Origin: Amoebidium appalachense | Taxonomy: Eukaryota; Protista; Ichthyosporea | Assembly: GCA_963693365.1 (NCBI GenBank) | Contig: CAVNZM010000012.1 | Location: 4,702,409 to 4,766,408 of the forward strand | Direction of reading: 5' to 3' | Length of the DNA: 64,000 bases | Shown: positions 31,150-53,364 of the stretch, one piece after another | Layout of the letters: each line of letters begins with the position of its first letter | Numbering within the stretch: the stretch's first letter is position 1 | The notes under the pieces: model-generated | Database searches by the model: none | What the model saw: only the letters and a program-made list of their open reading frames with translations | What the model was told of the DNA's origin: nothing | Program-made: the position numbers and the translations under genes

Positions 31150-32142
31150 ACACAGATGTATGGACTTCGGATTAAAAGTATGTATAATTGAAAGTAAATG
31201 TTGCTATGTAATAGCACTCTATGTCATAGTACTAGCGGGAGAAGGAAACGTGGTCCTTCAACAATAGGGATATCACTAATTTGATTTTGTATGGTGCGGG
31301 GGGAAAGGGGGGGGGGGGGGGGGGGGGGGGGGGCTTTCACAGCGACGCGAGCCGACTGGGCGCGTTATGATGGTGACGTGGGCTCTGGTAGTCCGCCGGA
31401 GACTCTGCTTGATGTGGAAACGTGCGTGCAAAGTAATAGTCCAATCGGAAAAAGCCCGCGGCACACGAACATTCTATATGGAAGTGCATCAGGCAAACAT
31501 TCCAGATAGCGGGTTTGCCAATCAAATTTGATAACGGGGCATAAAAATCATTATAACGGGACATAAGAAAAATGGCCCACAATTTATGCGCTCCATTCAC
31601 TTATGCGCTCCATAACGGGCCATAAAAAATATTTTAACGGGACATAAGAAAAATGACACACAATTTATGCGCTCCATTCAAGGTATCGCGTGCGCTGTGT
31701 TTATATGTGGGGGGGGCTGGATTGCCATGACATTGCGAGGACACAGGTGTATGGACTTCGTTGTTGAATGGATTAAAATTATGTAGAATGGAAAGTAAAT
31801 GTTGCTATGTAATAGTACTCTATGTAATAGTACTAGCGGGACGAGGAAACATGGTCCTTAAACAATAGGAAGATCATTGGGGAGGGGGGGGGGGGGGGGG
31901 GGGAGGGGGGAGGCTTTTCACAGGGACGCCAGCCGGCGAGACGCGTTATCATGGTGCAGGGGACTCTGGTAATCCACCGTAGATTCTGGTTCATGTGGAA
32001 ACATGTTGTAATCTTGCGTGTAGAGTAACAGCCCAATCGAAAGAAGCCCGCAGCACGCGAACATTCCATATGGAAGAGCATCAGGCAAACATTCGAGATA
32101 GCGGGTTTGCCAATCAAATTTGATAACTGGGCATAAAAATCA
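31150..32142. repeat. Diverged direct repeat of ~400 bp (31150-31550 and 31741-32142)
   Basis: Shared blocks TGTATGGACTTCG, GAAAGTAAATGTTGCTATGTAATAG and GCATCAGGCAAACATTC.AGATAGCGGGTTTGCCAATCAAATTTGATAAC. Confidence 0.8.
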
Positions 32143-32979
32143 ATTTATGCCGGTCACACCACTTTGGATGGCGTGTGTGTTCAAGATGTCGCGTGCACTG
32201 TCTTTATATGTAACATTGCAACATTGCGATGGCACGTACGAGTGTGGGTGGAAGCGTGTGAGCGAATGTGCATGTTCGTGTTCGTGTGTGTGTGTGTGTG
32301 TGTGTGGGCTGGTGTACACATGTGTACATGGTTTTGTGTGTGTATGTGTGTTGGGTGTTGGGGTGTGTGCGTGTGTGTGTGTGTGTGGGGGGGTACGTCC
32401 GTCCAAAGGCCATACATTTTTTGGGAGGGGGGGAGGGGGAGGGGGAGGGGGGGGGGGATTGCGAGGGAGATTGTGGATACCGTTAACACAATTGTCATTG
32501 CATCCACGCACGACGCTCGCATACGTAGTGCCCGTGCAGACTATCTGGAGGCCGCCGATGAACTTCAGGCTTACCTGCAGCTAGGAATGATTGCACAGTG
32601 CTCTAGGTTGTACTGAATCGTTTAGTGTTGGATGTTGGTTTTGGACTTCACGAAATGGTCTGTTGGTATATAATGGCTTGGGTGCTCCCTGTTCTTTATG
32701 TTTTCACTGTACCACCATATCTTTGTGGAAAGGCGATTTGTGTTACTAGGTTTCGGATTTACATTGCATTCCCATTACTAAATAGCGGTTGGCCTGTTTT
32801 ACAAACGTAACCTGTGCTGATGCCCACTTGTAGTGTTGGGTGCCAGGTGTGATAAGTATTTGCAGGACAATGTCAAGCCATTCACGCCCGTATTGAAAAT
32901 AAAAAGAAAACTCATGTGAACACATTCTGTGGCTCGATCCAAGGTCCCCCCCCCCCCCCCCCCCCCCCCCCCTTCCCCT

Positions 32980-33019
<40 letters not shown>

Positions 33020-33090
33020 ACGCCCACCCCGGCCCAGTCTGACAGTGAAGCTAGACTGGCACTGTTTCCTAATGGGGCACATTGTAACAC

Positions 33091-33219
33091 GTTTGAGACA
33101 AGAGTGCTTCTAACAAAACACCAATGCAGTGTGGTACACCCCGTGCAGCAAGCTTTTCCCATAAGAGACCAGGGGAGACAGAATCGTAAGAAGTTTTCCG
33201 TTCAATAAAACCAACATAT
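33091..33219 (-). mobile_element. 129-bp inverted internal fragment of the LINE RT
   Basis: The reverse complement encodes YVGFIERKTSYDSVSPGLLWEKLAARGVPHCIGVLLEALLSQT, matching 38180-38308 with a few substitutions. Confidence 0.85.
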
Positions 33220-33405
33220 CCGTATTGAAAATAAAAAGGAAACTCATGTGAGCACATTCTGTGGTTCGATCCAAGGTTCCCCCCCCCCACACTTCCTCCC
33301 CTGCTCCCTCCAGGGTCTCATCGATTCCTACAGTCTCCTCCTCAAGTTCTCTCTCTCCTCTCTCTCTCTCTCTCTTTCTGTCTCAGAGTCTCTCTTCCTT
33401 TCTCC

Positions 33406-33483
<78 letters not shown>

Positions 33484-33505
33484 TTATATATACATATGGC
33501 GGTAT

Positions 33506-33546
<41 letters not shown>

Positions 33547-34185
33547 GCTTATATATACATATGGCGGTATATATATATATATATAGTGTATATATCATAT
33601 ATATATTTATATATCTACCCATCTCTCTCTCAAGCTCTCTCTCACACACACACACTCTCTCTCTCAGTCTCTCTCTCGCTCTCTCCCCCCCCTCCCCCCC
33701 CCCCCTCTCCCTCTCCATCTCCCTCTCTCACTCTTTCTCCGTCTCCCCCTCCCCCTCTCCCTCCCTCATTCTTTCTCTGTCTCCCCCTCTCCCTTGCGTC
33801 TCTCTCTCTCTCTCTCTCATCCCTTTCTCCGTCAGCCTCAGAGTCCGAGGCTCTCCCCGCCCCCCCCCCCCTCCCCTCCCCCCCCTCCCCCCCCCCCCCC
33901 TTCCTAGGAGTCCCCAGGCCAAAGCTCTATCAAGTCCTCTGGTCACGGCCCTTGGCCAGTCCAAGTCTCCCTCCCTCAGTATCTCATTTCCCCCCCTCCT
34001 TCCCTCTCCCTCCCAGTCTCTCTCGAAGTTCACTTTCCCCCCCTCTCCCCTTTCCCTCCCGCCCTCTCTCAGAGTCCCTTCCTCCCATCCTCAGGTCTCC
34101 CTTCGATTCCCTCAAAGCCTTCTCTCTTCTCCCTCCCTTCTCCCCCCCCCCCCCCCCCCCCCCATATCGTGTGTTTACACTGAGG

Positions 34186-34855
34186 CGAAATATTTTTGTA
34201 TAATGTACATGTGGCGTACAGTATGCACCCGGGCCCCATATGTACACACAGTAGATGACGACTGATCAAGGTTGTACGTTAATGTTTGCGTACTCCCAAA
34301 GTTTACGCTCGATAACCTCATGAGACTTGGCGGCCCCGGGCCACTCGATCGACGACCATGTACATGTCCGGCATATGCTAACTCCGATTTTCGGTGCACG
34401 TGCGCCAGCACCATTAAGTCGTATGATACTGCTGCGTTCCTATTGGACATACCATATTCCTCGAAATGACACCTGATCACGCGTGTTTAGATGTCGATCG
34501 CGGACTACCAGAGCCCGGAGAACGAGGTGATTTATGCTAACGCTGCTAAACCAAGATCGTTCCGTAACCCGGTTTCGTCTTGCGGTAGAGATCATACACA
34601 CCCCCCCCCCCCCCCCTCTCCCCCCCCACGCCCCCCCTCCCCTCCCCCCCCCTCCCCCCCCCCCCCCCCCCCCCCCGCGGGCCCCTGAACAACGCAAACT
34701 ATCACAGGCGCATACTGTCAATATTTTTGTGTAATGTACATGCGGCGTACAGTATGCACCCCGTATGTACACACGGTAGATGACGACTGATCAAGGTTGT
34801 ACGTTAATGTTTGCGTACTTTCAAAGTTTACCCTCGATATCAACCTCACGAGACG
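34186..34855. repeat. Direct repeat of ~135 bp (34186-34327 and 34720-34855)
   Basis: Both copies contain AATATTTTTGT.TAATGTACATG.GGCGTACAGTATGCACCC...GATGACGACTGATCAAGGTTGTACGTTAATGTTTGCGTACT. Confidence 0.8.
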
Positions 34856-35036
34856 CCGCCATAAAAGAACCATGTTGAACAGCGAATGAGGGAGAATTCC
34901 TATTGGCGCATGCAGTACAATGCATGTCATATAAAAGCGGGATACACTCACGACCGCGCCACAATCAGACATGTGTTGTAGTACATTGTGTACAGTGGTC
35001 CTTGGGTGAGTACCATGATATAGCCTAATCAACGCA

Positions 35037-36090
35037 ATGGCTTTAAGTTTGGCGAACGTGCAAAGGGTGGTGCTCAAGCCCGCCAGGAAGTACTCGGGTC
35101 AGAAACGACCTCCCGGTGCACAGACAACACGCACGAAAAGGCGAGACACAGCCCTTTCTGACGAAAACATAGAGTTGGCCGCATCGACCCGAACTCCAAG
35201 GTGTTGCTCAAAGGGCAGATGTTTGGAATTGCACCCGTACTCGATTGACCAGGTTCGGGAGTCACGAACACTTTTATTTGAGATGTACAGCCTGGCCGAA
35301 AGGAGAGTAAAACTGTGGGAGCTGGCTACAGCCCTAACACACGGGGATCGTTTGATCTAACAAGAACCCTAGAATTCATACACCGAAAGAGAGAGTTGGC
35401 CCAGGCTGGAGGAGCAGAACCAAAACAGGTACACACGCACACACACACACACACACGCACACACACGCACACACACACGCACACGCACACGCACACACAC
35501 GCACATACACACAACACACACACGTAGACACAAACACACACTCGCATACATTTGCAAATAGTTAGGAAGACTATTGAACAAATGAACTCATTGAAGGACA
35601 TGATTTGCATGACTTGTGTAAGGCCAATACCGTCCTAGAACCGGCAACCCCCCCCCCCCCCCCCTCTCTCTCTCTCCCCCCCCCCCCCCCCCCCCCCCCT
35701 TCCTTCAAACACACAAACACCCTCATACACACAACGTGACCCACCCTGCCCTGGTATGTGCTGTTAGGCCTAGGTACGGTTGCACGATGACATGGTCAAT
35801 TTTATAGAAGTTTGCATGACGCGCATTTCCCCTTTAATAACTAACCAATACATACCAAACAGGTGGCTGTCGAGCCAGAGCCGATTGAGGATCCGCTGCC
35901 CAGCTTGCGGCAGGACAAGCCCTTCAAAGCACCATGCTCAGGGGCGTACCGGGGCCCTGGGAAACGGGCACGCTTGGCAGAGTGGAAGAATCCAAGCCCG
36001 TACTCAAACGCCAAGAAGGGTGAAATTGTTCTCATAATTGTCAACCCCACCGACAGTTACAACCCCGAGGCCATCCCCGAACCGGCGAAG
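35037..36090 (+). pseudogene. Possible relic of a second transposon-associated protein (Cys-rich N-terminus plus a downstream exon)
   Basis: ATG ORF 35037-35360 has a basic stretch and CCSKGRCLE...IDQVRESR..LFE...AERRVKL. An exon-like block at 35863-36090 is bounded by CAG and GT. Confidence 0.35.
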
Positions 36091-36124
<34 letters not shown>

Positions 36125-36252
36125 ACTCCCACACCCCCCCCCCCCACAAACCCCCTTCCCCCCCACCCTCACCCCCCTCTCCCCCTCTTTCTCCCCCCTC
36201 CCCCCTTCCTCCTGCCTTTCTCAAACCCCCCCCCCCCTCCCCCCACCCTTCG

Positions 36253-36284
<32 letters not shown>

Positions 36285-36511
36285 ACCGTGACCCGCCCAT
36301 ATTCACTTTAAACCCCTACACCCTCATACACACACCGTACCCGTCCTACTTCCATTCTCCCACTCTCCTCCCCTTGTATCCTTCGAGATCACTTCCTTCA
36401 ACATGATTGAAGCAGAATCCGTTAACATATCGGCTGTTACTGTATACTTTACTATGGTAACTGTTGTGGAGTTCTGTTCCATAAATAGATGTGGAGACTG
36501 CATCGACTTTA

Positions 36512-39500
36512 GTAAGCGACAAGTGGGTAAGCGACAAGTGGGAACCAACCCCACAGGTGTCGGACCAAACCGATGCCTAATTTATCCTTCTTCTTCTGGA
36601 ATGCTCGGACACTGGGCCCCCAAAAGGGCCTCCCCCCCGGGACACTCGACGATAAAATCAGCTACATACAACAACAGACAAACAACCACACGTTTACAGT
36701 GATTTGCGAAACACAGTTTAAAAACCACCACAAATTCAACTCTACATTGGTCGACACATCCACACACCCCGGTTACGCGAAAAACCGAGGCATTATTGTA
36801 CTTGCCGCACCACACGTGAGAGTGAAGTGCAAACCGGTAGCAAAAACGGAATTCTCGGTTTCTATAGAGTTTCTTTCTAATGTTTTTACTTTTGTATATT
36901 ACCCACCATCTATGTCGGTTGTCGAATTGACTCACGAGTTGTCACAGTTACCAATGTCCACTGTTATTTTAGGTGATTTTAACACGCGACTCCACCACAC
37001 AGACACACTGCAAGTGAGTGTCGGGTACCCATCTAAGCCCCCGGAGCGTGCTATCCCTTTAGCAAGGTATGTCCAAAGTCACACTTTGCGGTTCCCTCAA
37101 ATATCCCATGCCCACAACACCGACTGGGGAGTGGCCTTTTGGCCATCAACCATGTCAAAACTCTCTCTCCCTCCTAACCTCTCTAGGTCATCTGACCACT
37201 CTCCTATCCTTTTCCTACCTAAGATCTCCCTTGATCTGCTCCCCCCTCCCCCTCCCACCTTTCGCCTCCGTCTATCCCAGCTTAAGTCACAGTGGGGTAG
37301 AGTTGATGTATGTGTATGCTATGCTACGAAACACCCTATATATATGCGCCTATTAGAATCTGCACAAGCCAGGCCAGATTCACATCTCGTACTAGATACA
37401 TGCACTAACTTTATTGTTGATGATTTGATAGATCTCGGTGATTATGCTGGCGGTGGTAGGAAGGAATATCCCGATGCTCTCTTGTTACCAAACACCACTC
37501 CCGCTAGACTAGGTGAACCCCTGTCTCAAAAGGAAAGCTTGCGCCGGCTTGCTAGTATGAATCGATTTGGCCCCCCTGCTCGTATTATTGGTGATACCAC
37601 TGGAGACCCCCTCATAGACTCTGATAAGTATTTCTCGGAACTGTTTAAAGATAGGACCCCCGCTCAGAAACCTATTGTGTGGCCTGTAGACCCATCTATC
37701 CCCATAGAATCGATCCTCCCCTTTTTCAGTCCCGATGCCATATGGTCTGTGATATCTAGTTATAGCTCTAGTAAGTCTTGTGGACCTGATGGACTCCCTG
37801 CTGGGTTTCTTAAAATCCTTGTTCCCTCCTACCCACAAAAGGAAAGTGATCGTGCTATTAAACCTGATCTTACTATCATGTTAAGCTCTCTCTTTTCTTG
37901 GTGTGTTAAATGTGGACATGTCCCGTCATCTTGGTTAGATACCTTAGTGATCCCCATAGTTAAGAAGGACTCTGAGGGCCCCATATCATCCTTTCGCCCC
38001 ATTACACTAACCCAGGTTGTTCGTAGATTCTTTGAAGCTTGCTTACTTAGGTTATTTGCACATCACCCTAGGTTTCAATCTATTCTTCACATACACCCAT
38101 GCCAATCCGCTTTTCGTAAAAACAATTCATGTTATGTTCAAATAATGGCACTGCACGATTCTATGCAAGTTGGTGCACAATATGTTGGCTTTATTGATTG
38201 GAAAACTGCTTACGATTCTGTCTCCCCTGGTCTCCTATGGGAAAAGCTTGCTGCACGGGGTGTACCACACTGCATTGGTGTTCTGTTAGAAGCACTCTTG
38301 TCTCAAACCTATGGTAGAGCTGTGGTTAATGGGCATCTTTCATATGGTTTTGCTCGTACTAGAGGTCTCTTGCAGGGTTCATTGCTTAGCCCCTTTTTGT
38401 TTAACCTATTTATAGATGATTTGGCTGTCAAGATTTACGCCGAAAACGATGACCCTATTAATAACTTTCCGCCTGCACTTCTCTATGCTGATGATCTGTC
38501 CCTCCTTGCCCGTACCCCTAGACGCCTGCAAAGATTGTTCGATGTAGTGTCAGAGTGGTGCAAGGCAAACCTTATGATCCTTAACTAGTAGACAAATGTG
38601 GTGTTCTTGTACCTGATATAGCTAACAATTTACACACATTTACATTATCATCTAAACCTGTACCTATAGTTCCAGAATACAAATATCTTGGTGTTATGGT
38701 TAATTCTGTTGGTGTTATGTTTTCCCATATGGTCGAAAAGAGGGTAGAGTTGGCTCATAAGCGGTTAGCTTTCTTCTCGGCTAATATTTTTAAAGACACA
38801 CCCCTCCATCCTTCTATTAGACTTACATTTATTCGCACTTTTGTCTTCCCGGCATGTGAATATGGTTTGCCCCTTCTCGCCGCTTGAATCAAGAAAGAGA
38901 GAACTAGAGCGCTTAAACCCTTGGCAAATTTCCTTGAAGCAGAAGTTGCCTCCTTTCTATCTAACAACTGTTGTAAACCTGGGCCTGTAACGCTCTCGAT
39001 ATATGGTCTGGTCCCAATAGCTGCTAGAGTATCCTACCTCGCGCTGGATTTCAATAAGCACATAAGCCGCTTAAAGAAGTATATGCCCTCCCACCCTCTC
39101 TTCTCTATCCGACCTGTCCCCTCCTCACCTCTCCCCTTTTTTCTTCCCTCTCTCTCCCCTTCTCCCCTGGGCACAAATACAAATAAACCCCGCAATAGTG
39201 TGTGTGTGACTTTGGACTGCCACTTACTTATTAAACATGTACACAATCACAAGATAATCACGCAATATAACAAATGGAAAAAGATACCACACGACACTAG
39301 ACCCGATGAAAGCATACACCTTGAAAAACTAAGCCTTATGTCTCGTTTTATATATACTGACCGCCTCAACCATATTGCCAAATATGGCACTCGCAAGTGT
39401 ATAACACCTAAATACATATTACCTTCCTGTAGAACTGGTCTTTCTCTAGCTGATGGTATTATTGATCAATTACCACGCTTTTACTGTACACGTGCTATAC

Positions 39501-39773
39501 AGTGGAGATCTAATAAGTATAAGGTGGCATCATTTGCATGCCCAAACAACACACACACACACCAGTTTAACCGGTCATGTATCGCCAAATGTAGTTTGAT
39601 AGACCACATAATACCGCAACACACACACGTCACATTCACAACAGACACCCAGAAAGATAGCCTACCTGTAAATTACAACATCCTTGATTTTATACTAAAC
39701 ACGCGTAACTACGACCTGTTTATTAGATGTATTGATTGGCTTGAGAAACACATCACTACAAAATTATAGCGCA

Positions 39774-39844
<71 letters not shown>

Positions 39845-39876
39845 CCAGCTGATACCGAGTGTCCCGAGGGGAGCCC

Positions 39877-39913
<37 letters not shown>
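36512..39913 (+). mobile_element. Non-LTR retrotransposon (LINE) with APE endonuclease and reverse transcriptase; ORF2 near-complete but with 2 lesions
   Basis: ORF 36573-38588 has APE motifs and RT motifs (GPDG, FRPITL, QSAFR, DWKTAYDSV, GLLQGSLLSPFLFNLFIDDL, YADD). A frameshift at ~38586 resumes as VDKCGVL..YKYLGV..EYGLPL; there is an in-frame TGA at 38885-38887. A Cys/His-rich C-terminus ends at TAG 39769, followed by (CA)n and a 33-nt poly-A (39881-39913). Confidence 0.95.
36573..39769 (+). pseudogene. LINE ORF2 (APE-RT), interrupted by one frameshift and one stop
   Basis: Three consecutive ORF pieces (36573-38588, ~38588-38887, 38888-39769) join into one polyprotein of roughly 1060 aa. 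Confidence 0.9.
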
Positions 39914-39914
<1 letters not shown>

Positions 39915-40949
39915 GGGGAACCCCAACTAATTGATTTCTCCTTGTAGTCTTTATGGTGTCTCGTAGAGAAAGTAAACCCTGATATATAGTCACCACCCGA
40001 CATCTATGTACGTGATCATGATATACCGCTGAGGGGATATTCCGAGCAAAACCCCCCCCCCCATACCTGAGACTGGTTCTCTTTGCCTCGAGTAAACAGC
40101 GTAAACCCCTCGAATACCTGGCCAATAAAAAGCCGAAACAGCTCCATAAAACTTTTATGTGAACAGGCTAGCCCTCATGCGTCCTATACTTTCTCTCCGC
40201 CCACTGTTTTAGAAACGAAATGGTTGAAAGATGGACACGGAAAGTTACTACCTTCAACAGTCTGCAAAACTAACAAAAAAGACACAGTTACATATGAGAA
40301 GCAGCGAATGTAGAATGAATGCTTTTTATACGCACGTCAGCATTCCAAAGTTGCTCTTCCATAAAAACAAGACCCATAAAAGGTCAACAAAACCCCTTGC
40401 CACCGAAAAAGGCTGCGTGTAAAACTTTTTTCTTTTGACTGGATTTATTCGACGGAAAGATATGCAAGTATGCACGGCATACTGAGAAGACAATAAAAAC
40501 TTCACGAGTTATCCAGTAACAAGTGCATACTGAGATACCTGAACACTGTGTGAAAATCATATAAATACTCAATGTGACGACCAACAGAATTCAACAAAAA
40601 GTCTAAAGTGTTCACATTGCCAGCTAGTGTAAAACGAGACGAAGAACACGAACATGAATTTTCCCCGTGATTTTTACGCAGATTTTGCTAAAATCATCGA
40701 GCTACACGAACCGCAAATTGGCGAAGGCTTTTTAAACAAAATTTGGCACCCTAAAAAATCTGGCAATCTGGCAATCTGGCGTCACACGAACCGAACCAAT
40801 CTTCTCTCGGCTGCAGCTTTTATAGCCTGCAGGCAAGATTCAGCGTCAGACCATGATTGGTGGATTACATAACAATTATGCTTTCTTGAAAGATCATTGG
40901 TGTATTTCTACCCAATCACGTCATGATTCGAAGAACCAATCGAAATAGT

Positions 40950-41490
40950 GGTTCGATTCGTGTGAAAAGCCAGATTGCCAGATTGCCAGAATGCAGAATT
41001 TTGATGGCATTCCAGAAAGGCTAGATTTCGGTCCGGTTCTTGTAGAGCTAAAATCTAGCTTTTTGGGTCAAGAAGGCACTTGCCATTTTGCGCGGTAATA
41101 GAATATCTTGGCTTATCTTAATGAACAATAATAGTTTTGAAATATTATTTAAATAATTTTTATTTTGTTAAATGGGCATTTATTACCAAGTTTTATGCAT
41201 TTTTGAAAAGCTATACTAATAAGGCAAAACGCCTAGGATTGGATACGAACTTTATATGGTGCTGGCGTGGCCAATAGTAAGGCGCAGGGTCAATCTGGCA
41301 ATCTGGAAGGGGGGGGGGGGGGGGGGGGTCGCCAGATTCTGGAATCTGGAAGAGGGGTCAAATTGAATCTGGCCTTAAAATTTTGTTTAAATTTTACGTT
41401 CCGATTCGATTGATCGACGAATAACCATTTTTGGCTAGGCGGTTTTTAATCTGGCAATCTGGCAATCTGGCTTTTGACACGAATCGAACC
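40950..41490. mobile_element. 541-bp MITE related to the 21643-40797 element
   Basis: AGT|GGTTCGATTCGTGTGAAAAGCCAGATTGCCAGATTGCCAGA ... TCTGGCAATCTGGCAATCTGGCTTTTGACACGAATCGAACC|AGT. TIRs of ~40 bp and a 3-bp TSD AGT (40947-40949, 41491-41493). The interior is non-coding and AT-rich with extra CCAGATT motifs. Confidence 0.9.
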
Positions 41491-41529
41491 AGTTTCACTT
41501 CTGGCTTCTGCCTTCTGAGAATCGATCAA

Positions 41530-42950
41530 AAGGGCGAACGATAAGACCAATGGAACAAACGGATTGGCGGGCGGGATCGCCATCACTGAGGCGGGAGCAT
41601 GAGCGGCGGGCGCGATCCAGTGTGGGAATCGGCGGTGATCAAAAAGGCCAACATCAATCAGCCACGGCTGGGCGGGCGGGGGCCAGTAGATCTCGTGCGG
41701 GTACGTGGAGCGGTGTTGCGGCCAGGGTCACCAGCACGGGCCACCAGATGGAAGTAAAAGTCGCGGACCAGCCGGTGGTGCGGGCTGGCAAACGGGCCGA
41801 GGGTCGGGCGGATCCCCCACAGGGTCGACAGCCGGGTCAGGGCCGCAGGGAGAACACACCACTTGTGACACGGGTCGAGCCGGCCCCGGAAGAGGGATTC
41901 GGCTACGGTGTTGACAAGGCCTGGGAGATACTCCACCTCCTGGGGCCACGGCATTGACAGACGGGCACAGAGCTGGAAGAGGCGGTAGAGCTGGGACTGC
42001 ATGGAGCGGCGAGGGCTTGCCTTGTGGCGAACAGCATACATGGCAGCCTGGGCGTCGGTCTGCCACCGCCAGCGAGTCGAAGTTAAAACGGGCCGGGCCG
42101 CCGGATGAGCCACAGTGCGGAGGAGGGCCCGGAGCTCCAGAACGGCGCTGGGCAGTCCACGCTCGTGTGGTTCCCAGGGAGCCGCCAGCAGAACCGGCGG
42201 GCGGCGGGGGGAACAAAGAACCGCACCCCATCCTTGGAGCGTGGCAGCATCGGTGGTCACAGTGACGCTGGGGAGAGGGGGCCACAGTTCCGTACGGTAC
42301 GGCGGGAGCTGGGGGATGCGGGTCGGGAGGGAGCCGATGATTCGGAGGAGTCGGCCCGAAAGGCGAAGCTTGTAGCGCCAGGAGCCGGGCCGACCCGAAA
42401 GGAAGCCATAGACGGGTCGGATCAGGGTCAGGACGTGGGGGACCGCCGGCCGAAGACTCACAGCCAGGCCAAGCCAACGGGAGAGGAGCTTGGCAGACAC
42501 AAAGCGGCGTGAAACACGGGCATGACCCATTACCAGGGCTGTGGCCTTCCTGAGCTTGGAGAGGGAGGCCGAGGTTGGACGGAGCTGGCCTTGGAGCAGG
42601 TCGACGGTAACCCCCAGGTGGTCCAGGACATGGGTCGGTTCCCAGTGACCCTTGGTGGGCTGGCGCTGCAGACACGCGTGGGCGGACAACAGCTGGTCGC
42701 CAGATCTCGAACCCCATAGATCCGAGAGGGTCGATCGACAATCAAAACATCGTCCAAATAAATGCACGCCCGCACCCCAAGCCTGCGCAGAGTACGGCCG
42801 AAGCAACGAATAAGCTGGGTAAAGAACCAGGGGTTATGTGACCAGCCAAAGGGGAGGACGCAGTACTGGAACAGGCGGCCCTGGACGCGGCACTGGAAGT
42901 ACTTGCGGATGGCCGGATGGAGGGAGAGAGCGTGGTAGCCAGACTGATCA
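41530..42950 (-). mobile_element. DIRS/Ngaro-type (tyrosine recombinase) retrotransposon fragment: RT, RNase H and part of a methyltransferase-like domain
   Basis: Minus strand: QSGYHALSL..FQYCVLPFGWSHNPWFFT..IYLDDVLI, frameshift, DHLGVTVD, RNase H (TTDAA..GWGAV, LELRA, QTDAQ, YLPGLVNTVAESLFR), then PTLGPFASPHHRLVRDFY and, in another frame, WWPVL. The segment is much more GC-rich than its flanks. Confidence 0.85.
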
Positions 42951-43491
42951 ATAAATCCCAGTCAAGAGAAAAAAGGAGTCAGATCGAAGCTGAATCCGAG
43001 ATCCCCCCGCCGCGCTAACACTGCCAGGTCGTGGAGGTTGTCGAACTTGGTGTGCCAAAGTTCTTCCCCAGTTATTTCTCTTGCTCGTCCTGTGATCCCA
43101 GGCTCGATGCTTGCTGATAAAATAGTTCACTCAGTACACAAAATATAACAAACATCAGCTAACACCAATCACTACACAGAATCCAACAATAGGTAGCACA
43201 AATAAAGCTTGGCAACATACAACAAGGTGCAGAGCTGTCGATCTGGTGCTGCCTAGGGGGTTTTGTGGGCAACATTCCGTACTAGAAATCACCACTAGTG
43301 TCCATATATGACGCTTCTCTTGCTTAAATCTATGTAACACTCCAGGGCATCAATAAAGACACAAGGAATCTCTCTTATTTGATTTCATTTCACCAAAAGT
43401 CTGCACTTCCAAGGTGTTCTTTAGGGGAGAACAACACCTGATAGAGCTGCTTGATAGGTGATTTAAGATCGATCGGTTCAGCAAGCTCAAC

Positions 43492-53364
<9,873 letters not shown>

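Noticed and set aside
38885-38887. In-frame TGA in LINE ORF2 as a sign of stop-codon reassignment or readthrough
   Set aside because: The same copy has a frameshift, and the SEL1-like gene ends in TGA, so simple decay or sequencing error is more likely.
39915-40700. Search for the Harbinger catalytic DDE exons or a Myb/SANT second gene near the right TIR
   Set aside because: No recognisable motifs on either strand.
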